Positions 9,682-18,982 of a stretch of DNA of 55,659 nt are shown here, in pieces; the first letter of the stretch is position 1, and every line of letters begins with the position of its first letter. Position numbers and translations under genes: made by a program. The DNA comes from an uncultured Mycoplasmatota bacterium (GTDB lineage Bacteria; Bacillota_I; Bacilli_A; RF39; UBA660), in NCBI GenBank assembly GCA_946629885.1, contig CAMOYI010000038.1, positions 1 through 55,659 on the forward strand, written 5' to 3'. The notes under the pieces are model-generated. The model had not been told where the DNA came from and made no database searches. It saw nothing but the letters and a program-made list of their open reading frames with translations.

Positions 9682-10000
9682 ACTTATTCCTCTTTTCTGA
9701 TAAATTATATTTTACATGGATTAATCACCTTTATCAAGAAATAAACTATAATTAAAAAAGATAATAATAGGTTCCATATAATTAAATTCGCACATTCTAA
9801 CTTTTTCAATGATAAAAATTAAAGTAGGTTTATGATTATTCTAGATGAACTCTAGGCAGTAATACTGATGAAGTGCAATAAGTATTTGTGAAACAAAAAG
9901 CTATGAGAGTTAATAGTTTTTAAATGTTTAATTTTAATCATTTCTATTTAGCGTTTTTATAATCGTAAGATTTTATCGTTACTTACTAGATTTTAATGAA

Positions 10001-11197
10001 TCATAGAGGAAAGTTAGTATTTTTTTTATAAGCAATCAGTTTATTATATCTATTATAAACATCTTTAATATTATCATCCCAATTTTTGTATAAATCACGA
10101 TACGCATTGGCACCAACGATTTTTCTATTTTTATCATTGTTTAAAATTCTTATAATGGCATTAGCATAGTCACTAATATTATTTTTGGCAGTAAACCCAT
10201 TAACATCCTTTGTAACAGTTGAAGCTGTAGCTGAGCCATCAATGAATAATACTGGCGTTTTTTGAGAGGCTGCCTCAATCTGTACAATACTAGATGAATC
10301 ATATAGCGATGGAAATAAAAATAAATCACTTCTTGCATAAAAACTTGCCAGGAGTTCTCTATCAGTTATCTTACCGCACATTTTTATATACCTTGTCATG
10401 TGCTTCTTTCTTATTAGATTTTTGAGATTGTCTTCATCTTGACCACAACCAATAAAGAACATTTTAAAATTAAGATTAGGTACTCTTTTGTGAACTAAAG
10501 CTAGTGCCTCAACAATGAAAAAAATATTTTTAATATTATTGATTCTACCCACAAATATTAACACTTTTTCGTCTGTTAAAATGTATTTTTTATTTATTAA
10601 TTCACAAGCCTTCCTAAAGTCTTTGATTGGCAACATTTCTGTAGCATTGCCCATTACTATCGGTAATTTTTTATATCCATATTCTTCATGGAAAATACGG
10701 GCTACCTCCTTGTTAACCGCCCAACATTCATCACATTCGTCAAAAACGTGAATTAATTTTTTAGTCAACATATTAGTAACCATATCGTTTTTTACTGCTT
10801 TTTTAAAATCCCGCTTAAATTGACTATGCATCGTAGCAATAACTGGGATATTTTTTCTTTTAGCATATTTTACACCTATTTTACCAATAGTAAATGGAGA
10901 GTGAATATGTACAATATCAAGCTCAAAATCGCTAAGACTATTCAAAAATTTAAAATCAGCATTCGGAACCGATAGAGAATAATCTATTGTTGGTATCTTT
11001 ATAGAATGACAACGAACAACTTTATATGGAAATATACTGTCATCGTATTCACTATGTGAATATTTGGGACAAAATACTACCACGTTACAATATTTTGTTA
11101 GTTTTTTAGCATAATTATCGACGACAAGCACAACACCGTCAACAAATGGATAAAATGAATCAATAAACAAACCGACTGTAATTTTTTTATTTTTCAA
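10001..11197 (-). CDS. family 4 (GT-B) glycosyltransferase
   Basis: 398 aa. An N-terminal Rossmann half (ITVGLFIDSFYPFVDGV) and a C-terminal half with SLYDSSSIVQIEAASQKTPVLFIDGS resemble GT4 lipid or wall glycosyltransferases. Apparent TTG start preceded by GGAGGG. Confidence 0.75.
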   Translation of the reverse strand: MKNKKITVGLFIDSFYPFVDGVVLVVDNYAKKLTKYCNVVVFCPKYSHSEYDDSIFPYKVVRCHSIKIPTIDYSLSVPNADFKFLNSLSDFELDIVHIHSPFTIGKIGVKYAKRKNIPVIATMHSQFKRDFKKAVKNDMVTNMLTKKLIHVFDECDECWAVNKEVARIFHEEYGYKKLPIVMGNATEMLPIKDFRKACELINKKYILTDEKVLIFVGRINNIKNIFFIVEALALVHKRVPNLNFKMFFIGCGQDEDNLKNLIRKKHMTRYIKMCGKITDRELLASFYARSDLFLFPSLYDSSSIVQIEAASQKTPVLFIDGSATASTVTKDVNGFTAKNNISDYANAIIRILNNDKNRKIVGANAYRDLYKNWDDNIKDVYNRYNKLIAYKKNTNFPL

Positions 11198-11307
11198 AAT
11201 AACTTTCCCTCCAAGACTGATTCTATTTAAACTTAAAAATACGATAAATACAGGTAACTTACAACTTAAATTTTTCTAAGAATAAAATAAAAAGGCTAAA
11301 AGCCATA

Positions 11308-11781
11308 TTATTTTATTTCTAGTATTTTAACTGTAAATGATCCATTAGGACTATCTACACTTACAGTTTCTCCTAGTTTTTTACCTAAAACGGCTTTACC
11401 TATAGGAGATTCATTTGAAATTCTGTTTTCAAATGGATTAGCTTCTAGAGAACCAACTATCTTGTATTCTTCTTTATCTGATTCATCACCATCGTAGGCG
11501 ATAACTATAGTAGAACCGACACCTACTACACCGTCTTGTGCTTCTTCTATAATTTTAGCGTGTTCTAACATGTATTCTAGTTCTTTAATACGTGCTTCTA
11601 GTTCTGCTTGATCATTTCTTGCAGCATCATAATCCGCATTCTCAGATAGGTCTCCTTGCGCTCTTGCATCCTTAATTGCTTCTATAACTTGTGGACGTTT
11701 AACAGTCTTAAGTTCATTTAATTCTTCTTCTATTTTTATATATCCTTGACTTGTCAATAGACATTCATCTTTTTTTGGCAT
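11308..11781 (-). CDS. greA: transcription elongation factor GreA
   Basis: LTSQGYIKIEEELNELKTVKRPQVIEAIKDARAQGDLSENADYDAAR matches the GreA coiled coil. The ATG at 11781 follows GGTGAGGG, giving the usual 157 aa. Confidence 0.92.
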   Translation of the reverse strand: MPKKDECLLTSQGYIKIEEELNELKTVKRPQVIEAIKDARAQGDLSENADYDAARNDQAELEARIKELEYMLEHAKIIEEAQDGVVGVGSTIVIAYDGDESDKEEYKIVGSLEANPFENRISNESPIGKAVLGKKLGETVSVDSPNGSFTVKILEIK

Positions 11782-11849
11782 TTTTGCCCTCACCTTTCAC
11801 TTTTTTATTTAAAAAAATTAACCTTCTTTTCGAGGTCGAAATAAGAATA

Positions 11850-13034
11850 CTACAATTCATCTAAAATGTCAAATACTTTTATTCTCATCATGCTCATTTT
11901 CTCTACTGGTTTTGAGCACCTAATTTTAACTATTTCTTTAGGATGATTACATATTTCAATAGTCTCGTTATCTTCATTTAAGATTTCATCTATAGTAAAC
12001 TCAAATTCGCGTGAATTTGGTCCGAATACTTGTACAGTATCACCTAATTTAAAGTAATTTCTAACTTCTAAAGTCATGTATTCTCCATCGCTATCGAGAA
12101 CTAGCCCTAGAAAGTCCTGATTAGATTCTTCTATTCTTCCATTGTAGTACTGTTCTTCGTGTGTTGGAAGTCCTCTATAAAATTGGCTTACTGAGTCTCT
12201 ATTTGCAACTCTATTAATGATATTCGTAGCGTACTCTATATATTCATGAGTAAGAGTTTTACTTTTAATTCGTTCTAGTACCCTTCTGTATATGTATAGT
12301 ACCGTTGCAATATAGTAAATTGAACGCATTCTTCCTTCAATTTTAAAAGAGTTTACTCCATCATCTATCATGCTAGCAATCTCTGTAATCATATTTAAGT
12401 CTTTACTCATCATTTCAAAAGATTCGTCATAATTACATTTAAAAGACCACCTACATACTTGAGCACATCCGCCTCTATTTGCATCTCTATTCGTAGTATA
12501 ATTCGATAGAACACATCTACCACTAAATGATGTACACATTGCTCCTTGTATAAAGCACTCGATATCTAACCCTGTTTCTTCTTTTATCCTTATGATATCC
12601 TCTTTAGAGGCTTCTCTTGCTAGGACTATTCTTTTTACTCCTAAATCCTTATAATATTTAGCTGCTCTAGAATTCAATACACTCGCTTGAGTACTCAAAT
12701 GTATCTCCAAGTCTAGCCCTAATTTTTTTACAGTATCGATCACTACTGGATCACTTACTATGATTGCATCTACATTGATATCACTTAAATATGTTAAATA
12801 TTCTTCTAGTCCATCTAATTCTTCATTATGAAACACTATATTAACTGTCACATATACCTTTTTATTTAAAGAATGGGCATATTCTACATATTCTTTTAGT
12901 TCATCCATTAAAAAGTTAGTAGCGTTTGCTCTTAAACCATATTTAGGCCCACCTAAATATACAGCGTCTGCACCATATAATAAGGCAATTTTCAATCTTT
13001 CTTTATCTCCTGCTGGACTCAATAGTTCTATCAC
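11850..13034 (-). CDS. U32-family protein (YrrO/TrhP-like, tRNA uridine hydroxylation family)
   Basis: Starts MIELLSPAGD, with the cysteine-rich core FIQGAMCTSFSGRCVLSNY...GGCAQVCRW typical of peptidase U32. Its position after yrrN/yrrM matches the B. subtilis yrrMNO operon. Confidence 0.85.
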   Translation of the reverse strand: MIELLSPAGDKERLKIALLYGADAVYLGGPKYGLRANATNFLMDELKEYVEYAHSLNKKVYVTVNIVFHNEELDGLEEYLTYLSDINVDAIIVSDPVVIDTVKKLGLDLEIHLSTQASVLNSRAAKYYKDLGVKRIVLAREASKEDIIRIKEETGLDIECFIQGAMCTSFSGRCVLSNYTTNRDANRGGCAQVCRWSFKCNYDESFEMMSKDLNMITEIASMIDDGVNSFKIEGRMRSIYYIATVLYIYRRVLERIKSKTLTHEYIEYATNIINRVANRDSVSQFYRGLPTHEEQYYNGRIEESNQDFLGLVLDSDGEYMTLEVRNYFKLGDTVQVFGPNSREFEFTIDEILNEDNETIEICNHPKEIVKIRCSKPVEKMSMMRIKVFDILDEL

Positions 13035-13819
13035 TTTATATCACCTATCCTATATATGGTCTTTTCATCTAAAAAGCCCCTGTTTGCATCTACTACTTTA
13101 CCTGTAATGACGTCTTTTATTGTGTTTATATCCATGTAAGCAGTATTAATCAAGTAATATTTTAAATTGTAATCTAATTCTTCGATAATAGACCTATAAT
13201 CGAATGGTATAGAATAAAATATAGCAGTACCATACTCGTTTTCTTTTAAAAAGAAATCTTGATTCTTTCTTTCTTCATTTATAGTCATTTCTTTAGTAAC
13301 TGTAGCACCTATATGTTTTGTAAAATTCGATACAAGTAGTCTTCTTGAATACATGATTAAAGGGAAACCAAATGTGTTTAATACAAGTGGTTTACTAGAT
13401 TTAGAGACTATTTCTGATATTTCCATACTAGTTATATCAGTGCTTATTACGAGGCTATCAAAACTATTAAGCCAGTGATTAACTGTTTTATATGAATTAT
13501 TTAAATGATTTTGGTATAGAATAACCTCGAATCCTTTTTCTTTTAGTATTTCAAGTAATCCTATATCTTCAACTATAAATCCCTTAATATTGGATGGTAT
13601 ATTCGCTTTAACAAATTCATCTATATCTTCATCTTCTAATAATCTATTCATTAATATAAAAATATTGCCATCGATCGATTTAATTTCATCAAAGCTAAAC
13701 GATTTATATCCCACAGAATAATCTTTCAACGGAAAAAGAAAGTTAGAAATACCTAACTTTTTATATTCTTTAATATCACTTAAATTGTCTACTAATAGTA
13801 ATATTTTATCTCGTTTCAT
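13031..13819 (-). CDS. U32-family protein, short paralog (YrrN-like)
   Basis: 262 aa, coupled to both neighbours by 4-nt and 14-nt overlaps. It occupies the yrrN position. Sequence similarity to U32 proteins is weak by eye. Confidence 0.6.
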   Translation of the reverse strand: MKRDKILLLVDNLSDIKEYKKLGISNFLFPLKDYSVGYKSFSFDEIKSIDGNIFILMNRLLEDEDIDEFVKANIPSNIKGFIVEDIGLLEILKEKGFEVILYQNHLNNSYKTVNHWLNSFDSLVISTDITSMEISEIVSKSSKPLVLNTFGFPLIMYSRRLLVSNFTKHIGATVTKEMTINEERKNQDFFLKENEYGTAIFYSIPFDYRSIIEELDYNLKYYLINTAYMDINTIKDVITGKVVDANRGFLDEKTIYRIGDIK

Positions 13820-14405
13820 TTTCGCTTCTCGTACTGACGCTTAACCCGTCACCAATATCTAATAATTTCGTCGTATATTCTTTATTATTTTTTAAGAATT
13901 CGATGTATTCTTCAATCTTTGATGCAATGCTTCTTTGGTTCTTAGTTATATCTTCGCTTGTATTTCCAACGAGCCCATGAAATTTTATATTATCTGAAAT
14001 GATTGTTCCGTTCGGGCTTAAATAATGAGAAAATTTTTCGAAAAACTTTATATATTGTCCTTTTGCAGCGTCGATAAAGATTAAATCGTATTCTCTTCCT
14101 ATTAAATTTGCTTCAAGTGCATCTTGGAAAACGACTTCAATTCTCTTTTCTAAACCACACTTTTTAATATTTTTAAGTGCTTCCAAATATCTTTTTTCAT
14201 CACGTTCAATTGTAGTAAGCGTAATATCAGGTGCAACACTTGCCATAAGTATTCCACTATATCCTATTGCAGTTCCAATTTCCAATATTCTTTTTACATT
14301 GTGAAGTTTAATATATTTCATAATAAAAGCAATGGACTCTTTCTCGATAATAGGTACGTTATATTCTTCAGCGTACTTTTCCATTTCTAAAATAGTTTCT
14401 TTCAT
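13806..14405 (-). CDS. trmR: SAM-dependent O-methyltransferase (YrrM/TrmR-like)
   Basis: ILEIGTAIGYSGILMA (SAM motif I) and DLIFIDAAKGQY are typical class I caffeoyl-CoA-type O-methyltransferase motifs. Synteny with yrrN/yrrO supports the call. Confidence 0.8.
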   Translation of the reverse strand: MKETILEMEKYAEEYNVPIIEKESIAFIMKYIKLHNVKRILEIGTAIGYSGILMASVAPDITLTTIERDEKRYLEALKNIKKCGLEKRIEVVFQDALEANLIGREYDLIFIDAAKGQYIKFFEKFSHYLSPNGTIISDNIKFHGLVGNTSEDITKNQRSIASKIEEYIEFLKNNKEYTTKLLDIGDGLSVSTRSENETR

Positions 14406-14477
14406 AAAATCACCAGTGAGTTAATTATAACATATTTTTATTTATTAAGCAATTATCGATGAAATTTTGAATTAGAT

Positions 14478-15362
14478 CTATTGTTTATACAGTTTTCTTT
14501 GCCCAGTTGGTAATAATTTCAAATGATATCCGTCTTCAGCTAACTCGAGTACTGATTCACCAATACTTTCATTAATAGCTGAATCGCTTACAGTTTTCAT
14601 TGTTTTTTCAAATAATGTGGAATTAGTTGGAACACCTAATCCAAGTAGTCTTTTTTCATAATCGTCAGATGTATCATTTACACTATTGTAAAATGGGACC
14701 TCTCTATTAATAATATAGTAAAACAATGCATACATGCTTCTACAATCAAAAGACTTATTAAACACAATTCTACCCTGAGAATCGATATTATAACATTTTT
14801 TTAATCCCATAACACGCTGATAAATAAAGTTAGCATCTTGAGGCACTACATTTGGTGCATAATGTTCTGAAGAAAAAGTACTAAATTGTATATCATCTGG
14901 GTCAATTACCTTATATTCAAGTATGCCTGAATCTAGTTTAGATGTTATAAAAATATTATCTCCTTTAGCAAGATCTGGAAAAACAAATTCAGGAGCACTC
15001 ATAACCTTCTTTTCTAGATCTAAAATAAAAAAGCCAATAGTTTCCAGTTCTAGCTCACAGCCTTTTATTTTCAGATATTTATCCAAAGAGATTCCATTTA
15101 CTAATGGTAATACAGCATAAAAACTTTTTCTAGTTAATACTTCATCACTTGGTTTATATAGCTCTGATACTTCAATAGGTCTAATTTGAAAGTCAGGTAA
15201 TCCTTTTACTTCTTTAATCGCCAAAAGTTTCTTACGTAGTTCACATAATTCTTCTATATTATACCCCATTAAACCGCTTCTGTACTGTTTAACTATATGC
15301 CCAGGGTCACGTGGATCAAGATAAACCCGACAAAAATTGTTTTCTTTAAGTATTTTTGTCAA
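14478..15362 (-). CDS. divergent eukaryotic-type (Hanks) protein-kinase-like protein, possibly a pseudokinase
   Basis: The order of kinase subdomains can be traced. There is an IVKQY beta-3 Lys candidate and a hinge FYAVLPLVNGISLDKYL. FPDLAKGDNIFI sits in place of HRDLKPxNIL, VIDPDD in place of DFG, YAPNV in place of APE, and DCRSMYALFYYIINREVPFY in place of DxWSxG. The TTG at 15362 is preferred because GGGAG lies 7 nt upstream. The ORF-track start at 15380 is also TTG. Confidence 0.5.
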   Translation of the reverse strand: MTKILKENNFCRVYLDPRDPGHIVKQYRSGLMGYNIEELCELRKKLLAIKEVKGLPDFQIRPIEVSELYKPSDEVLTRKSFYAVLPLVNGISLDKYLKIKGCELELETIGFFILDLEKKVMSAPEFVFPDLAKGDNIFITSKLDSGILEYKVIDPDDIQFSTFSSEHYAPNVVPQDANFIYQRVMGLKKCYNIDSQGRIVFNKSFDCRSMYALFYYIINREVPFYNSVNDTSDDYEKRLLGLGVPTNSTLFEKTMKTVSDSAINESIGESVLELAEDGYHLKLLPTGQRKLYKQ

Positions 15363-15428
15363 CGTTTCACTCCCTTTCAAATGTATAAATTAATTATATG
15401 CATTTTTTTAATTATTTTTAGGTCATAT

Positions 15429-15457
15429 ACTTTAGCACAATATGTATCGTTTGTCAA
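15429..15457 (-). promoter_or_regulatory. sigma-A-like promoter for the kinase-like gene
   Basis: Minus strand reads TTGACA, 17 nt, TAAAGT, with a TG at the extended -10 position (TGC TAAAGT). Confidence 0.45.
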
Positions 15458-15465
15458 AAAGACTA

Positions 15466-15490
15466 GCAAAAAGAGACTATATTAGTCCCT
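15466..15490 (-). terminator. intrinsic terminator after the 301-aa membrane-anchored protein gene
   Basis: Minus strand reads AGGGACTA-ATA-TAGTCTCT (8 bp including one G-U) followed by TTTT. Confidence 0.5.
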
Positions 15491-15545
15491 TAGTTTTACA
15501 TTAATATTTTCTCCACTTTAATTATTTTTTAAATTTTCCGTTACC

Positions 15546-16451
15546 TCATTTTTTTAAATCTTCTTGATATAGTTTATACTGATGTTCATAATATTCTTTA
15601 GAATTATTATATTCTGTATAATCATTACTATCAATATTAAATATGCTTACTTTTCTATTATAGTATTGCTTACCCATATATATCATATCTGTAATATCAA
15701 TTCCACCATTTTTACTATATGTTAAATCAAATTTAAATATATCATCATCATAATCATATATATATGAAAAATATATTAGTCCAAATGATTTTTTTGCGTT
15801 TTCTAATTTTGTTTCTCTACCATCTACATAGGTTGGAACGCCTAAAGAATCAATTAAATCATCAATAGTAATATTATTTAAATCTACATTTTTCATGTTT
15901 GGAACTATTATATTTTTATTATCTTGAAATATTGAGCTTTGATCAAAATAAATTTCATCATTTTCATTATTTTCTGTCTCAATTAGTACTACTGAAGACA
16001 AACTATCTTGTGGATATCTTGTTCCATTTATATATACATCTATTCCTTTATAAGTTTCTGTACTTTTGCCATTATCAACTTTTACTTTCATACTATAACT
16101 ATTATTTTTAAATGTGTAATTGTTATTAGTTAAGTTTTTAATTGTTAATGGTCCTTCAATTATGTTACCAAAGAATGATATTTTTTTATCATATTTACTT
16201 TTATCAAATGCTGGAGTATAGATATTATAATAATAATCTATCGTTCTTTCTTCTTTTGGTATGCTTGACGTGTAATTGCTATAATCATTATTATTTGTTT
16301 TTGTTTCTTGTATCAGATTAGTATTAGATTTATTACTTTCGTTAGTATTATTATCTTTTGATAATAATTTAAATCCTAGAAATGCACCTATTGCAAGCAC
16401 AACTCCTATTCCTACTATAATTATTATCTTATTATTGGTTGTTTGTTCCAT
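15546..16451 (-). CDS. hypothetical N-terminally anchored extracytoplasmic protein (N/Y/K-rich)
   Basis: A single TM helix (IIIIVGIGVVLAIGAFLGF) is followed by a low-complexity linker and a beta-rich region. RBS AGAGGT. No known domain. Confidence 0.6.
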   Translation of the reverse strand: MEQTTNNKIIIIVGIGVVLAIGAFLGFKLLSKDNNTNESNKSNTNLIQETKTNNNDYSNYTSSIPKEERTIDYYYNIYTPAFDKSKYDKKISFFGNIIEGPLTIKNLTNNNYTFKNNSYSMKVKVDNGKSTETYKGIDVYINGTRYPQDSLSSVVLIETENNENDEIYFDQSSIFQDNKNIIVPNMKNVDLNNITIDDLIDSLGVPTYVDGRETKLENAKKSFGLIYFSYIYDYDDDIFKFDLTYSKNGGIDITDMIYMGKQYYNRKVSIFNIDSNDYTEYNNSKEYYEHQYKLYQEDLKK

Positions 16452-16898
16452 AATCTACCTCTTTTCTATTTAAAATATAGCATATATAACTAGTTATTGC
16501 AAACAGTAGTGTTATTATTTATTACTTAAAGAGATAAAAGCAACTTTTTTTTGAAATAAGTTTTGAAATTGCATTAAGTCTCTTAATATATATTTATTTA
16601 GAGTGCGAACGCATTCATTTTACTCTTGATTTATAAATAAATAAAATTACAATATTATTCCAATAAGCAGCTCGTATGCCTGTTGTTAAACAACATATTT
16701 ATATATTTTAAAGTTGCAATTAAATTTTAAATTTTTTTAGCAACTTTGTTTAATCGTGGGAATTTTTATTAATAATTAACTTTTTTAATAAATAAATTTA
16801 ATTTTGAGCAAAAAATGTTGTATAGAAACTACTTTCTACTCAACACTTATCACAACAAGAACAAGTGATATAATTTATATAGTTATAAATATCTTATA

Positions 16899-17963
16899 TT
16901 ATTTATATACGTACCATAAACCTTTTTCTTGAAGTTCCTTGATCGTTTTATTGTGCCCGACAAGATCTTTATTAAAATATGTTTTTCCATTTTTATCTGC
17001 AACAAAATAATAATAATCATGTTGCTCTGGATCTAAAGCAGCTTCAATTGCAGCAGTGCCACTAGATGCAATTGGTCCAATTGGAATACCTTTAGCGCAT
17101 TCACTATATGTATTATATGGATTACAAGTGGGTATTTCGTCTTTTCTAATCTCTTTTGAGACTTCTTTATTAACTGCATACGAAGTCGTTGGGTCGCTTT
17201 GTAAGAGCATTCCTGCCTTTAATCTATTATAAAAAACTCCTGAAATGGTTTTTCTATCGCTAGCGCTCCCACTTTCTGTTTCAATCATACTTGCCAGTGT
17301 CATTATTTCGTGTATATCGTATTGAGATTCTTCTATTTTAGTTTTGTACTTAGAAACTTTTTTATCAAGTGTAGAAATCATGGTTTCTATTATATCTTCT
17401 ATTGTAGCATCTTTTTCAAACTCATATGTATCAGGGAAAAGGTAGCCCTCCAACGGATGATATATTCCATTTTGTAGAACTTTTTCGGTCAATACGGAAT
17501 ATTTATCAATCATTTTTTGGACAAACACCCTGTCATCCATTTTGGCTAATATTTCTTCTTCTGTATAGTCGTAATTGTTAGAAATGGTCTTAGCAATACT
17601 TGTAAGTCTTTTCCCTTCTACAAAAGTCATCCAAATAGTATCCTTAGTAACTTTTCCAGATGTTATTGTATTATATATATCTATTGCAGACATGTTTTTA
17701 TGTAAAATGTATCTTCCTGCTTGTGCAACCCCTGGATGTATTTTCGCATATACTTTAAGTGTTAAATCATTTTTTATCAAATTAGCATTCTTTAAGTTTT
17801 GAAAAAGTGTATTTAGTGGTGTACCAGGTTCTACAATAAAGACTATTTCTTTATCATCGTGTCTATCTACTGGTCCGAATGTATCTTTAATGAAGAAAAA
17901 AGCAGATAACGACACTATGACAAAAAAAGAAATAGCTATGATCAGGCTAGTTGTTTTCTTCAT
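16899..17963 (-). CDS. mltG: endolytic murein transglycosylase MltG (YceG family)
   Basis: TM anchor, LysM-like segment, and a catalytic region (ASMIETESG...ISGVFYNRLKAGMLLQSDPT...YNTYSECAKGIPIGPIASSG). The ATG at 17963 (MKKTTSLII) is preferred over 18008, which runs deep into the upstream gene. Confidence 0.88.
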   Translation of the reverse strand: MKKTTSLIIAISFFVIVSLSAFFFIKDTFGPVDRHDDKEIVFIVEPGTPLNTLFQNLKNANLIKNDLTLKVYAKIHPGVAQAGRYILHKNMSAIDIYNTITSGKVTKDTIWMTFVEGKRLTSIAKTISNNYDYTEEEILAKMDDRVFVQKMIDKYSVLTEKVLQNGIYHPLEGYLFPDTYEFEKDATIEDIIETMISTLDKKVSKYKTKIEESQYDIHEIMTLASMIETESGSASDRKTISGVFYNRLKAGMLLQSDPTTSYAVNKEVSKEIRKDEIPTCNPYNTYSECAKGIPIGPIASSGTAAIEAALDPEQHDYYYFVADKNGKTYFNKDLVGHNKTIKELQEKGLWYVYK

Positions 17964-18276
17964 CCTTATTTTCACTCGCTTGTTCTTTAGCAACCTTTTT
18001 CTGAGCACTTGCTAAAACAGACTCTACCATATCCCACTCTTCATCTGTTTCGATAGGATATAATTTCAAATCTTTACCAGTTGGATCATAAATTGAAGCA
18101 TAGGTCCTATAATTTCCATTTTCGTCTATAGTATGATCGGTATAAACTATATAGCTTTTTTTAAATTCATCGCTATCTATTGTAAGTACAACCTCACACT
18201 CCATAGTTTCTCCCTTATCAGTAACTATTGTAAATAAATTTTTATTTTCTTTTTCTTTTCCAGTATCATTCATCAT
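17947..18276 (-). CDS. DUF1292 family protein (YrzB-like)
   Basis: The pattern FTIVTDKGETMECEVVLTIDSDEFKKSYIVYTD...LYPIETDEEWDMVESVL is characteristic of DUF1292. The start at 18276 is chosen on RBS spacing (AAGGA). Confidence 0.75.
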   Translation of the reverse strand: MMNDTGKEKENKNLFTIVTDKGETMECEVVLTIDSDEFKKSYIVYTDHTIDENGNYRTYASIYDPTGKDLKLYPIETDEEWDMVESVLASAQKKVAKEQASENKDEENN

Positions 18277-18691
18277 AACCATTTCCTTTCATTCTTAAAT
18301 ATGTATTTAATATAACACTTGCCGCAACTGCATCTATTTTTCCTTTGCGTTTCTTTCTACTCATATCGGCATCTAATAAGTATTTTTCTGCTTCCATTGT
18401 AGAGAGTCTTTCGTCTATTAACACAATAGGTATTTCGATATGTTGTTCCAATAACTCTTTATATTCTAAGCTCCTTTTTGAAGCAAAACCCAAAGAATTA
18501 TCCATGTTTTTAGGTAAACCAAGAGCAATACCTCCGATACTTTCAGATTCTATTACCTCTTTTAATGGTTTAATTGTTTCTTCGACACTATTAAATCTTA
18601 TCGTCTTGTATGGATTAGCTATAGTATGAGTTCTATCACTTATAGCAATACCAAGTGTCTTAGTACCCAAATCTAGTCCCAAATATCTCAT
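18266..18691 (-). CDS. ruvX: Holliday-junction-resolvase-like pre-16S rRNA nuclease RuvX/YqgF
   Basis: MRYLGLDLGTKTLGIAISD...GLPKNMDNSLG...VLIDERLST matches YqgF. Confidence 0.88.
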   Translation of the reverse strand: MRYLGLDLGTKTLGIAISDRTHTIANPYKTIRFNSVEETIKPLKEVIESESIGGIALGLPKNMDNSLGFASKRSLEYKELLEQHIEIPIVLIDERLSTMEAEKYLLDADMSRKKRKGKIDAVAASVILNTYLRMKGNGYDE

Positions 18692-18927
18692 TTGATATAT
18701 TCTTTTAATAGAGCTTCAATAATTTTTGTTCTATCTAAGCTCGTAATTTTCTTCCTAGAGTCTTTATAACTCGAAATATAACCGGGATCGCCACTTATTA
18801 GATAACCAACAAGCTGATTTATCGGATTATAGCCCCTTTCTTCAAGTGCGTCATATATTTCATTTAAAGTCTTCTTTACAAGAGCAGTTTCCAACTCTTC
18901 CACATTAAACAATCTGGTTTCGTACAT
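18688..18927 (-). CDS. ireB: IreB-family regulatory phosphoprotein (UPF0297, YrzL)
   Basis: LNEIYDALEERGYNPINQLVGYLISGDPGYISSYKDSRKKI is the conserved UPF0297 core. The ATG at 18927 follows GAGGTGA by 5 nt. Confidence 0.85.
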   Translation of the reverse strand: MYETRLFNVEELETALVKKTLNEIYDALEERGYNPINQLVGYLISGDPGYISSYKDSRKKITSLDRTKIIEALLKEYIK

Positions 18928-18982
18928 CTTATTCACCTCATCAAATTAATTCTAACAAAATAGACAAAATTACTCAACATTT

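Noticed and set aside
9682-10000. 319-bp gap downstream of the GT4 gene (10001-11197) and upstream of the 771-aa gene as a possible riboswitch or sRNA
   Set aside because: Apart from a TATAAT box and RBS for the 771-aa gene, I saw no conserved riboswitch motif, stable hairpin or ORF with an RBS. The evidence is insufficient for a separate claim.
2-16451. A shared L-x-x-L-G-[IV]-[PE] motif across four proteins, as a possible sign of one dispersed family. It occurs in the partial ORF at 2-1075 (ILKLIGTSDD, LSELGLDIS), the 771-aa protein, the kinase-like protein (LLGLGVPTNS) and the 301-aa anchored protein (LIDSLGVPTYV).
   Set aside because: The motif is short and common at helix-turn junctions in many unrelated bacterial domains. 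Outside it I could not align the proteins, so only the internal triplication of the 771-aa protein is reported.
16709-16747. AAAGTTGC...GCAACTTT hairpin as the mltG terminator
   Set aside because: No U-tract follows it on the minus strand, and the 22-nt loop is large. It is kept only as part of the low-priority note on the intergenic region.
17964-18008. Longer mltG start at 18008, and similar upstream extensions for rpsP (21884), ftsK (21289), greA (11793), lepA (27029), valS (45636), ruvA (40013), mutL (52816), yqeH (53783), nusB (7315) and ireB (18936)
   Set aside because: In each case the extension begins at or inside the Shine-Dalgarno sequence of a downstream ATG, or overlaps the preceding gene. 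The shorter product starts at the conserved N-terminus of the family.
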